This document shows positions 48,528 to 58,062 of a stretch of 64,000 nt of DNA, in pieces; within the stretch, counting starts at the first letter, position 1; the number at the start of each line of letters is the position of its first letter. Position numbers and translations under genes: made by a program. Origin of the DNA: a virus; IMG/VR virus record IMGVR_UViG_3300025099_000012, positions 18,300 to 82,299 of that record; one strand, written 5' to 3'. The notes below the pieces were generated by a model. It searched no databases. It worked only from the letters and a program-made list of their open reading frames with translations, and was not told the origin of the DNA.

Positions 48528-49259
48528 TTGATAATGTTTTCAAATAAACTTAGAGACCGTTTAGATGGTTATATTGTTAGGCACGATGGCCGTATCAATA
48601 AAGCTTTAGGCGGTTCTCCCTTTGAAGACGCTGACCCCTCCTCCGATATTTATAAAAGAGTTTTACCTAGCCTTCAGCCATACATTGAATTTAGTGACAA
48701 TGAAAAAGCCGCATTAGGAATGTATGGTGAAAACGTACATCAATATTACAAACAACTAAATAATCAACTACGCACTCCTAATGCTTCACCTTTAGATCCT
48801 GAATCAGCAGAAATTGTGGAGTTCATGCAATCTAATCTTGCAAGTGCTCTTCAAAAACTAAAAGCTGTTCAACCGAGAGGTCATACTAGATTCACTAATG
48901 GCCAAGAAACACAAGTTCCTGGTCAATTCAATCGTGCTGTAACAGGCGATTTTGTTGAACAACTATCACGTTTAAAGCCAGGAGACGAAATTTCTGATGC
49001 TGGATTTGCTTCTTATACAGATAGAGGTGGTCCTACATTAGAAATGTTTTTATCTAATAACAAAGATGTTCCTAATGCTGTTATTCAATTAGCTGAAGGC
49101 TCATCTTTAAGGAACATTTCTCCAGTCACTGAATACCATGAAGGCGAGCACTTAGCTATGCCTAATACAAGGTATAAACTTCAAAGTGCTAACCCTGCTG
49201 GTCATTACAGTAGAAAAGCTGGTGATTTGCCTTTATATATTCTTGAAATTCTTGAATAG
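48528..49259 (+). CDS. ADP-ribosyltransferase (Alt/VIP2-like, R-S-E class)
   Basis: Y..LN..LR, FNRAV, D.GFASYT, EGEHL.MPNTRYKL. Confidence 0.75.
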   Translation: MIMFSNKLRDRLDGYIVRHDGRINKALGGSPFEDADPSSDIYKRVLPSLQPYIEFSDNEKAALGMYGENVHQYYKQLNNQLRTPNASPLDPESAEIVEFMQSNLASALQKLKAVQPRGHTRFTNGQETQVPGQFNRAVTGDFVEQLSRLKPGDEISDAGFASYTDRGGPTLEMFLSNNKDVPNAVIQLAEGSSLRNISPVTEYHEGEHLAMPNTRYKLQSANPAGHYSRKAGDLPLYILEILE

Positions 49260-49267
49260 TCACACTA

Positions 49268-49504
49268 ATGAAACTCTACATTGAATATGAAGTTACTACT
49301 TCATTCCGAATCACGGTTGAACGTGATCAACTACCAGAAGACCACGACGCATTACTTGAGTCTGTCACTCGTGATGAACTCATAAATGCTCCCTGCGATG
49401 TCTATCCAATGGAATGGGATCACATGAAAGAGGCGTGGCGAGGGTCGTCCCCAGAGAATACTTATGTATTCAACGAAAATAACGATCAATTATATTTAGG
49501 CTGA
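49268..49504 (+). CDS. Hypothetical protein
   Basis: 78-aa acidic ORF. Confidence 0.5.
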   Translation: MKLYIEYEVTTSFRITVERDQLPEDHDALLESVTRDELINAPCDVYPMEWDHMKEAWRGSSPENTYVFNENNDQLYLG

Positions 49505-49782
49505 GTGACTTGCAAAGAAGCGTTAATTTCCTACTATAAAGTAGTTGGCAGACATCCCTGCGGTTTTAGCTCATACGCTCCTAGGCTGAGTTACCATGAG
49601 GCTCAACTTCATTACAATACCCTTCTTCGCAAAGGATATAAAGTAAAAGTTAGCCCTCTACTTGAGCATGTAAAAAATAATCAACGACAATTTTTATAAG
49701 ACTGATTGTTAACATTGAGGGTACGCATTAGTGCCCTCTACTTGTTAATTTATAACTTCATCCAAACTAAAAATAATCTTAT

Positions 49783-50127
49783 ATGTTTATTAAATCAATT
49801 AGCACTATTGCTGCTGCTGTCCTCCTCAGTGTCAGCACATCCGTCCAGGCAGGAGGCTCAATGCTTTCTTCCTGGTACGGTGGTTATTTCCACGGTAGGA
49901 CTACAGCAAACGGTGAAACTTACGACATGTACGGACTTACCGCCGCACATAAAACGCTACCTTTCGGCACAAAATTACGTGTCTGCTATGAAGGATGCGT
50001 GGATGTACGTATTAACGATCGTGGTCCTTACATTGGGGCTCGTCAGCTTGATCTATCTTATGGGGCGGCAAATGCCATCGGATTGATTCAACCAGGTGTA
50101 GATTATGTAAGCGTTACGTATATCTAA
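49783..50127 (+). CDS. rlpA: RlpA-like double-psi beta-barrel lytic transglycosylase with signal peptide
   Basis: SWYG..FHGRTTANGETYD...TAAHKTLPFGT...VRINDRGPY...LDLS. Confidence 0.9.
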   Translation: MFIKSISTIAAAVLLSVSTSVQAGGSMLSSWYGGYFHGRTTANGETYDMYGLTAAHKTLPFGTKLRVCYEGCVDVRINDRGPYIGARQLDLSYGAANAIGLIQPGVDYVSVTYI

Positions 50128-50374
50128 CCCATAGCCATAAAATACCTTATATATTAAATTCAAGACAAAGCTGCTTTAACTTTGCCTGCTAATCAATAGG
50201 AGAAATTATGTCTAGATCAATTAAGCAAGAGAAAACGCATGGGTTCCTTGACAACATCAGCAAACTTAGAAAGTTGCGCAAGGAAGTACGTGCGAATAAA
50301 GCACAAATGCTAACCGACATTGAAACTCTTACTGGAAAAGCATTCATTCCAGCTCAAGAATATTAAGTATCATT

Positions 50375-50424
50375 GCCTACTCGTATGTTGATTTCATAAC
50401 TTAACATATAACAGTAGGCTTTTT
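50375..50424 (+). terminator. Long hairpin with T-tract upstream of psbA
   Basis: GCCTACT...AGTAGGC plus inner TATGTTGA/TTAACATA, followed by TTTTT. Confidence 0.5.
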
Positions 50425-50466
50425 AAAGCTGAGTAATACCCACAAATACACCGCACTATTAATCAA

Positions 50467-51549
50467 ATGGCTTCAACTGTTATGCAGCGCTCCGGCGCTA
50501 AGAGTAACTGGGAAGAGTTTTGTCAGTGGGTTACGAGCACCAACAACCGTCTTTATGTCGGTTGGTTTGGAATTCTCATGATCCCTACGCTCCTCGCAGC
50601 GACTATTTGTTTCATTATCGCCTTCGTTGGCGCACCCCCTGTAGATATTGATGGCATACGTGAACCTGTTGCTGGATCGCTCCTATACGGAAATAACATT
50701 GTATCGGGAGCAGTTGTCCCGTCTAGCAATGCAATCGGACTCCACTTCTATCCCATCTGGGAAGCAGCTTCACTCGACGAGTGGCTCTACAACGGAGGAC
50801 CATTTCAACTCGTTGTCTTCCACTTCCTCATCGGTATCTACTCTTACATGGGACGAGAATGGGAACTTAGCTACCGGTTAGGTATGCGCCCATGGATCTT
50901 CGTTGCTTACTCTGCACCAGTTGCAGCAGCAAGTGCCGTCTTTCTTGTTTATCCCTTCGGTCAGGGTTCCTTCTCTGACGCAATGCCTTTAGGTATCTCT
51001 GGAACCTTCAACTACATGTTGGTGTTCCAAGCTGAGCACAACATCCTGATGCACCCCTTCCACATGCTGGGTGTTGCAGGAGTCTTTGGTGGAAGTTTAT
51101 TTTCTGCTATGCATGGTTCTCTTGTTACATCATCTCTCGTTCGTGAAACTACTGAAAATGTTTCTCAAAACTATGGCTATAAATTTGGACAGGAAGAAGA
51201 GACGTACAACATCGTTGCAGCGCACGGCTATTTTGGTAGGCTTATTTTTCAGTATGCTTCTTTTAACAACAGTCGTAGTCTCCACTTTTTCCTTGCCGCT
51301 TGGCCTGTTGTTGGCATTTGGTTTACCGCTCTTGGTGTCTCTACAATGGCGTTCAACCTAAATGGTTTTAACTTCAATCAATCTATACTTGATAGCAACA
51401 AACGTGTTGTTAATACTTGGGGAGATATCCTCAATCGCGCTGGACTTGGTTTAGAAGTTATTCATGAAAGAAATGCACATAATTTCCCATTGGATCTTGC
51501 ATCAGCTACCACTACTCCAGTGGCCTTGACTGCGCCAAGTATTGGCTAA
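50467..51549 (+). CDS. psbA: Photosystem II D1 protein
   Basis: [34 protein letters not shown]; 360 aa, uninterrupted. Confidence 0.99.
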   Translation: MASTVMQRSGAKSNWEEFCQWVTSTNNRLYVGWFGILMIPTLLAATICFIIAFVGAPPVDIDGIREPVAGSLLYGNNIVSGAVVPSSNAIGLHFYPIWEAASLDEWLYNGGPFQLVVFHFLIGIYSYMGREWELSYRLGMRPWIFVAYSAPVAAASAVFLVYPFGQGSFSDAMPLGISGTFNYMLVFQAEHNILMHPFHMLGVAGVFGGSLFSAMHGSLVTSSLVRETTENVSQNYGYKFGQEEETYNIVAAHGYFGRLIFQYASFNNSRSLHFFLAAWPVVGIWFTALGVSTMAFNLNGFNFNQSILDSNKRVVNTWGDILNRAGLGLEVIHERNAHNFPLDLASATTTPVALTAPSIG

Positions 51550-51892
51550 GTTTCAAGATTCTTTGAATATTGTCGTCTAATAAACCTAGGGCAGTGTTGC
51601 ATTTGTGGCACAGTAAGCCCCTAGGTTTTTCAGTGCAATGACAATGATCAATACACAATCGTTTGTTACTACCACAAACAGCACATACTCCAGGTGCCAA
51701 GAGATGATCAAGTTCTGCTTGAGTTAAATTCAACTGTAGTCTTATAGCTGTATGCGGTCGATAGTTTTTTCTACGAGTAACTCTCGAACATGCTTTACAC
51801 ATTGATTGCAAGCCAATCTTACCGCTTTTATAAGTTCTTTTATGAAAATGATCTTTAGGTAATGATTGCCTGCACTTATTGCAGGTCTTCAC
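51512..51892 (-). CDS. Endonuclease VII-type free-standing homing endonuclease (F-CphI-like)
   Basis: C..C N-terminal finger, CAVC...IDHCH...[13 protein letters not shown]; convergent with psbA. Confidence 0.85.
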   Translation of the reverse strand: MKTCNKCRQSLPKDHFHKRTYKSGKIGLQSMCKACSRVTRRKNYRPHTAIRLQLNLTQAELDHLLAPGVCAVCGSNKRLCIDHCHCTEKPRGLLCHKCNTALGLLDDNIQRILKLSQYLAQSRPLE

Positions 51893-52232
51893 GACAAATA
51901 TAGATATTCAACAAATCAATAGTAAATGTTTTTAATTAAATGAGTGGAAAATATTGTCTTTCAATTTCACTTGGTATGTGGAGAAAACGTCTATTGAAAA
52001 TGAGGATTCACCAATTTAAATCTCATCCATCTGTTGTGACTTACAAGCCTTTGCTACAGTTGCAACAGAAAAATATGCATCAAATGGATCGTCTCAATGA
52101 AACTGACCGTTGAACAACTTAAGGATGTAATGCATGCAATGAGGTATTACCAGTATCATCACATCAGCATCAAAAGTCCTCGATATGAGGAGTTTTCAAA
52201 TATATTAAATACATTGTCAGAAGAAATAAAAA

Positions 52233-52901
52233 ATGCGAATCTTTCTTGATACAGCAAACGTTGAAGATGTTGCAAAGCATTTTCTTACTGGACTTATTGA
52301 TGGAGTAACCACTAACCCAACGCTAATTCGTCAATCTGGAAAAGATCCACTTAATGTTTATCAAGAGCTATCACAAATTGGTGTTCGTGACATCAGTATG
52401 GAAGTGTATGGATCTGCCCAAAATATGTTTGAAGAAGGATTGAAACTGGCTAACTCTTTTAGTGGAGTTGCAACTATCAAACTGCCAATGACAAGATGTG
52501 GTCTATTAGCTTGCAAAGAGCTTTCTCGAAAGCATATTAGAACTAATGTCACTCTTATTTTTACTATCCCTCAAGCCATCCTTGCAGCAAAAGCAGGGGC
52601 TACATATGTCTCTCCATTTGTGGGACGACTAGATGATCAACAAGTATCAGGCTTAGAAGTTGTACGTGGAATCAAAGGTTTATATGCAGCAAAAGGTGTA
52701 GATACACAAGTACTTGCGGCTTCTATTAGAAGTGTGCATCGAGCAGTACGTTCATTTTACAATGGCGCCGATATTGTGACTATGCCACCATCAGTTTTCG
52801 AAGGAATGTATAACCACATTCTTACTGATGCTGGATTAGAAATCTTTGAAAAAGACATCGCACAAATTGAATGTAAAGAGCTAAACTTTAACAAGAATTA
52901 A
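52233..52901 (+). CDS. talC: Transaldolase (TalC family)
   Basis: FLDTA, GVTTNPTL, IKLP, TNVTLIF, YVSPFVGRLDD, VLAASIR. Confidence 0.95.
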   Translation: MRIFLDTANVEDVAKHFLTGLIDGVTTNPTLIRQSGKDPLNVYQELSQIGVRDISMEVYGSAQNMFEEGLKLANSFSGVATIKLPMTRCGLLACKELSRKHIRTNVTLIFTIPQAILAAKAGATYVSPFVGRLDDQQVSGLEVVRGIKGLYAAKGVDTQVLAASIRSVHRAVRSFYNGADIVTMPPSVFEGMYNHILTDAGLEIFEKDIAQIECKELNFNKN

Positions 52902-52909
52902 TATTTAAT

Positions 52910-53101
52910 ATGACTGTAACTACGGAAGACCGAGGACAACAAAATGTTTGGGCCAAGGAACCACAAATTAATGTAATGGAGGTCAGCGTGACACACAACG
53001 AAAAAGCTGAAATGTTAAATGGACGTGTAGCAATGCTTGGAGTAATTGCTGCTCTTGGGGCATATGCACTTACTGGGCAAATTATTCCTGGGATTTGGTG
53101 A
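52910..53101 (+). CDS. hli: High-light inducible protein
   Basis: AEMLNGRVAMLG...YALTGQIIPGIW. Confidence 0.95.
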   Translation: MTVTTEDRGQQNVWAKEPQINVMEVSVTHNEKAEMLNGRVAMLGVIAALGAYALTGQIIPGIW

Positions 53102-53326
53102 AGACTAGCTATCATAAATATATATTGAGGAATACAAAATGACTTTAGGTGACGAAGCTGCTGCACAAAATACACGCAACCCTGTTCGTTCTACGGTGAT
53201 TGGTGCACAACAAGCAGAGCAAGCAAAAGAAACTAAGCAAACAACTAGTGAAGAGCCAAAAGCCGCTGAATAATATTTAGCACTACATTTGATTGTTAAA
53301 CTAAATGTAGTATTTTGTTCGAAATT

Positions 53327-54004
53327 ATGTCAGCTGCTGAAGAGAATACTCGTATGATGCGCATGGCCGCACCTACGGGTACTCGAAATTCAATTACTAT
53401 TAGTAATGTAGGTAACGCTCGTTCATCATCAAACAGTGCCTCCTCTGTCAGTGGAAACGCTACCGCTGGTGGAATGGCTGTTCCGATGATGATGATGTCC
53501 ACCCCAACCCCAACTCCACCTCCAATGATGGATGGAATGGGTGCTGCTATCAGAGCAGAACGTGAACGCGCCCGGAACATGGCTCTCTCAGTAAGAGCTA
53601 GGCGTCAGCGTCAAAGAGACATGGATCGTGCAACAAGAGCTGATCGACAACGTGCTCGTGACATGGCACGTGCAACAAGAGCTGAACGCAGACGAGCTCG
53701 TCAAATGTCAGGCAGCGGAATGAGCATGGCTCCTGACGGAATGAGCATGGCTATGAGCATGACAGCAGAAGAACAACGACAGGCAAGACGTCGCTCAAGC
53801 CGTCAAATGATGATGGCGATGATGGCTCGACCAATGCTTCTAGGTGAAGCTAATCAACGTCGCATGCGTAGGGATGCTGCAATACGTCGCATGAGGCAAG
53901 CACAACGTCGTAGAGATGCTGAGACACGGCGTCAACGGCAAGCACGTCGTCGTAGAGACCGCGCAATTCGTGCAAGAAGGATGAATATGCGGGGGCGACG
54001 TTAA
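53327..54004 (+). CDS. Arg/Met/Ala-rich Lys-free protein (part 1)
   Basis: Low-complexity basic ORF; start MSAAEE. Confidence 0.6.
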   Translation: MSAAEENTRMMRMAAPTGTRNSITISNVGNARSSSNSASSVSGNATAGGMAVPMMMMSTPTPTPPPMMDGMGAAIRAERERARNMALSVRARRQRQRDMDRATRADRQRARDMARATRAERRRARQMSGSGMSMAPDGMSMAMSMTAEEQRQARRRSSRQMMMAMMARPMLLGEANQRRMRRDAAIRRMRQAQRRRDAETRRQRQARRRRDRAIRARRMNMRGRR

Positions 54005-54011
54005 CCCGGGA

Positions 54012-54467
54012 ATGAACAGCATGTCGCGTGAACCTGCGCGGCAAATGAATTCTCGGGTGAATCAAATGATGGATGCGGAAACTCGTGCTAGTCGCGAGCG
54101 TGCTCGCCGTATGGCGGCCGCTGAACGAGCTAGCCGTGAACGCGCTCGTCGGATGGCTCAAGCAGAGCGGGATAGACGTGAGCGTGCTCGCCGTATGGCA
54201 GCTGCAGAGCGAGCTAGACGTGAACGCGCTCGTCGGATGAGTAGGCCAATGCGCTCACAACCGATGAGACAACCAGCTCCAATGAGACGACCTCCTCCAA
54301 TGAGATCTCGTCCAATGAATAACGATGCTGCAATAAGAGCTAGCCGTGAACGAGCCCGTCGAATGGCAGCTGCAGAACGAGCTAGACGTGAGCGTGCTAG
54401 ACGCATGGCTGCAGCAACAAGAGCTAGACGAGAACGAGCCCGTCGAATGGCACGTCGGAAGCGTTAA
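54012..54467 (+). CDS. Arg/Ala/Met-rich repeat protein (part 2)
   Basis: 14-aa repeats RA.RERARRMAAAE. Confidence 0.65.
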   Translation: MNSMSREPARQMNSRVNQMMDAETRASRERARRMAAAERASRERARRMAQAERDRRERARRMAAAERARRERARRMSRPMRSQPMRQPAPMRRPPPMRSRPMNNDAAIRASRERARRMAAAERARRERARRMAAATRARRERARRMARRKR

Positions 54468-54980
54468 TTATCTCTTATTAGTTAAACAAATCTAATAAAG
54501 CAACCATAGCCGCCGATTGGCGGCTATATTTATGGAATGGAGCAGAGCTCCGTAGTTTATATATCTATCAATGGAAATATCCAAAGAACTAAGCAAAGAG
54601 ATTCAAGAAATTATAGAAGATACTGTTCAGTACTTCTGTGATCAACATGTCGTATCTGGTGAACTCGCCTGGATTCTTGTTGAGTGTCAAGCTGCAGCAA
54701 AAATTGCTGAACTAAAAGGAGAACTAGCTCCTGTTTGATGCTTGATACAGAAAAACTATCCAGGTTGTTTCTTCATTTCGTGGAACAACTAATAATTCAG
54801 CATGAAGCTGATGACCCACAGTCTGTATATCAACGATGCTCTGAATTATGTCAAAGCGAAGCTAATCGATTAGCAGGACTGGACCCTGCGCGAAACAAAT
54901 AACAATACTGCCGCTTATCAGCGGCTGTATCTCTCTATGCCCTTTTGGGCGTTCACTTACTTACTTACTTACAAATTCAC

Positions 54981-55622
54981 ATGACCATGCTCGTAGATAG
55001 TTCTGCAATTGTTGCTGACCTCGTATCAGGTGGAGAAGCACCTGAAATTAATATGATGATCGGCATCGGTGTAGTCAAAGAAAGCGAAGCTGTACTGTTT
55101 CACTACATTGGCAATGATGAAAAGCCTGCAGCCTTGATGACAAAGGCTGGAAAGCCAATGACTCGTCTTGGGAATGTCAAGCTTGTCGATATTGCCATTG
55201 TTACTGGTATTGGCACAGAAAATGCCACCAAACTCAATGTGATTCTTGAATCAAATCATGGCAACAGAATCTTAGTCACTTCAGGTATTCAAACCTGGTG
55301 GACTACGTGCGTCATTGCAGGTCTTTTTGGACTACTTCAAAACGGTTTGATTGATACACCATTCAACCTTGACTCATATCGTGGCAATATTGGTCGTAAG
55401 CCTATCTTTGCATCGATTCGTTCAGGTCAGGTCTACTCTGATCAAGATCTTTATGCGATTCTCAAGTCTGATCGCAAAGACAAAGCCTGGGATTCATATG
55501 AATCAAATGTGTCTTCTGTTGTTGAAACACTGAAGAAAGCATTGAACACAACGCTTGATTCTGACACTTCTGTTGAAGCAGTTGAAGTCCAGGTCGAAGA
55601 GACTGTTGGAGGTGACTTCTAA
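54981..55622 (+). CDS. Hypothetical protein with acidic tail
   Basis: Follows hairpin element at 54910; C-terminus VEETVGGDF. Confidence 0.65.
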   Translation: MTMLVDSSAIVADLVSGGEAPEINMMIGIGVVKESEAVLFHYIGNDEKPAALMTKAGKPMTRLGNVKLVDIAIVTGIGTENATKLNVILESNHGNRILVTSGIQTWWTTCVIAGLFGLLQNGLIDTPFNLDSYRGNIGRKPIFASIRSGQVYSDQDLYAILKSDRKDKAWDSYESNVSSVVETLKKALNTTLDSDTSVEAVEVQVEETVGGDF

Positions 55623-56119
55623 TGGGAGCTGCATCTGAACGCCGAGCACTGCTCAATGAATCAAATGATGATTATGATCCTTGTTTATTCGTTGATATCA
55701 ATGAATACTTGATTGAGGAGTGGGAAACTCTTACTTACAAGCAGAGGCAATCTGTTTGGCATCTTTGTCAGAATGACGAAGATTTTGATTATTCATCTAT
55801 TCATGATCAAATTGACGCCAAAGTTTATGAGTTTTCTGAAACCAATCCCGAAGTTGACCTCGGAAATACTAAGGATCCTGTTGAAGTTGATGAATCTGAT
55901 GAAGAAGTAGATGATTTAATCTATGACATGATGTGTAATTACTTAGCAGTTTATTGGCCTGCTTTAACAGGTGAACAGTTGGATTCTATAAGTAATTCTC
56001 TTGTAGTGAAACAAGCACTTCTGTTTGATTTCTTGGATCTATTTCTTATAGAATACGCCAATGAGAGTGATTCAAGTATCGATTTATCCGAATTGGAGAC
56101 TCAAGAAGAAACAGCATGA
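55622..56119 (+). CDS. Highly acidic protein with internal duplication
   Basis: YL...W..LT..Q repeated twice; Asp/Glu-rich. Confidence 0.6.
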   Translation: MGAASERRALLNESNDDYDPCLFVDINEYLIEEWETLTYKQRQSVWHLCQNDEDFDYSSIHDQIDAKVYEFSETNPEVDLGNTKDPVEVDESDEEVDDLIYDMMCNYLAVYWPALTGEQLDSISNSLVVKQALLFDFLDLFLIEYANESDSSIDLSELETQEETA

Positions 56120-57548
56120 CAATGGATTCAATTGCTCACTTAAGAGCAACTCGAAGGTATGTAACTTCAATTTTGCTAAACCTTCCAATCCAGCCAAATG
56201 AAACAAGCGTTTCAACTTTACTTGTAATGCTTGACCATTTTTCTGCCTATCCCGATGAATACTTAGACCTTCTCAATGACAACCAATTCTCAACTAGAAA
56301 AAGTTCCTGATTATGACGTCCTCGATGTCGTATTGCTGTGTCACGCAGCATTGGCCCAAGACTCACCAGAGTTTCCTACGGTCTATCTCAACCAGATACT
56401 CAACATCATGTTTGGTTATCTCACTAGCGATCAGCGCAAAGAAGTCGAAGTGTACCTTGCTGAAAAAAAGTATCTGCCACCTTTGAAATTACACCTGCCA
56501 AACACATGATGTATCTTCTGCAGCAACAGGCTTACAACAATTCCTGGGTAACTAGAGAATTGTTTGAAGATAAAGAACTAGCTGAACAAGAATTAGCATT
56601 ACTCAATAATCTTTTGATTAATGGCAAGACACTTTCAACCTATCGCGTTATCTCTAAAACATGACAGCAACACACTATCGCGAACCTCTTCTTGACCCTG
56701 ATACCAAAGAGTTATCCAATGATCACTACAGTCTTATGACAACCGCACAATGGTGGAAAATTGCTATGTGGTCATTAGAAACTGGCAAAGATGTCAAGAC
56801 ATTGCTTCTAGAATTTAACCCTATAGCTGAAGAAGAAACAGCTACAACTATTCGATTAGTAGGTGTTCTTCCTAACAGCGGATTAACTGGATGCCTTGAT
56901 TCTGATGGCTCTACTCACACTTAATTAACTCCTGATGAAAGACTACGACGTAGTTTATATCGATAAAAATGGCAGCAAACAACAGTTTGTTGTTACAGCC
57001 ATAGATACCAATACAGCTATTGCAAACACATTAGAACTGCGTTCTGATTGTCGTCGTGTAATTCGCTGTAAGCCAACCACTTATAAAGATAATGAAGCTA
57101 ACAAAACAGAATCTTGATTTCCTTGATGACTTGTTTGACAAGTTACTCAAGAATACTGATAAAGAGATGATTGATCTACATGAGGATGATACTTGTGTAG
57201 ATCACATCCAATTTGAAAAACTCACTAACAACGATTCTACTAATGAGACTTCAGACTGAAATGGAAGCAGTGCCTGTGACTCAACCTGAGTTACGCACTG
57301 TCTTTGATCCGGCAACATCCACTCCCGTTGATCACCTTGCTTATGACGCTGAGATTCAGTACAAACGCAAGCCACCTGCTGTGCGGATGATTATGTGCAG
57401 TCGGCTCGACAGAGTGAATGTTGGTGAGCCTGTGATGATTTCCTATCACATGGGCATGCGTTGCTATCAGCACTCTCGGCATTTAGTAATATCAAATAAT
57501 GACAACTGTATCGGTGGTTTTTATTATACCGATGGTACAGAAGCATGA
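56116..57548 (+). other. Run of small hypothetical CDSs (56116-56310, 56276-56509, 56661-56924, 56935-57117, about 57243-57548)
   Basis: Tightly packed ORFs from the track. Confidence 0.5.
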
Positions 57549-57714
57549 AAACATTCATAGAAAGTTTCTTACTTGACTACATAGCAGACAATCCAGACAT
57601 CCCAATATCTACTGACGACATACCTGTTGTCACTGAATACATGTGGATGAACTTTGATTGTTCTGATATGTACTATCAGTTTGAACGATTACTTTCTGCT
57701 TACATTGCTAAAAA

Positions 57715-58062
57715 ATGATGAAAAATTACAAGCTCTATGTATTTACCCAGGACGGGTGTGCTCCTTGCGATCGGCTCAAGGATCACGTCAAAACTCTCAC
57801 GGAAGACGAAGCAGCTGAACTCGACTTTGTCCCTCTTAAGGCGCCCTCGGGCAGCCGTACGGCGCTTGCGGAGGAGCTATCGGTGGAGTTGTCACCAACA
57901 CTCGTCGTTGTTCATGAAGAAGTCTCCTGTCAATTAGATGATGACGGTGATGAAGATTGTGATTATGTTGAACAATCAGTAGAAAGGTTTGTAGGTGCTA
58001 ATAATATAATTGAACATCTGCATGCCACATTAGATGCATATACTTACGCCCATCCCGAATGA
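57715..58062 (+). CDS. Thioredoxin/glutaredoxin-like protein
   Basis: FTQDGCAPC, cis-Pro SPTLVV; upstream of RNR. Confidence 0.75.
   Translation: MMKNYKLYVFTQDGCAPCDRLKDHVKTLTEDEAAELDFVPLKAPSGSRTALAEELSVELSPTLVVVHEEVSCQLDDDGDEDCDYVEQSVERFVGANNIIEHLHATLDAYTYAHPE

Noticed and set aside
50467-51549. Group I intron in psbA
   Set aside because: The ORF is continuous and full length (360 aa).
35843-54942. Hairpins as plain rho-independent terminators only
   Set aside because: That does not explain the invariant 19.5-nt spacing to the RTGYYC box, copies with no same-strand gene just upstream (35856, 43549), or the weak U-tracts.
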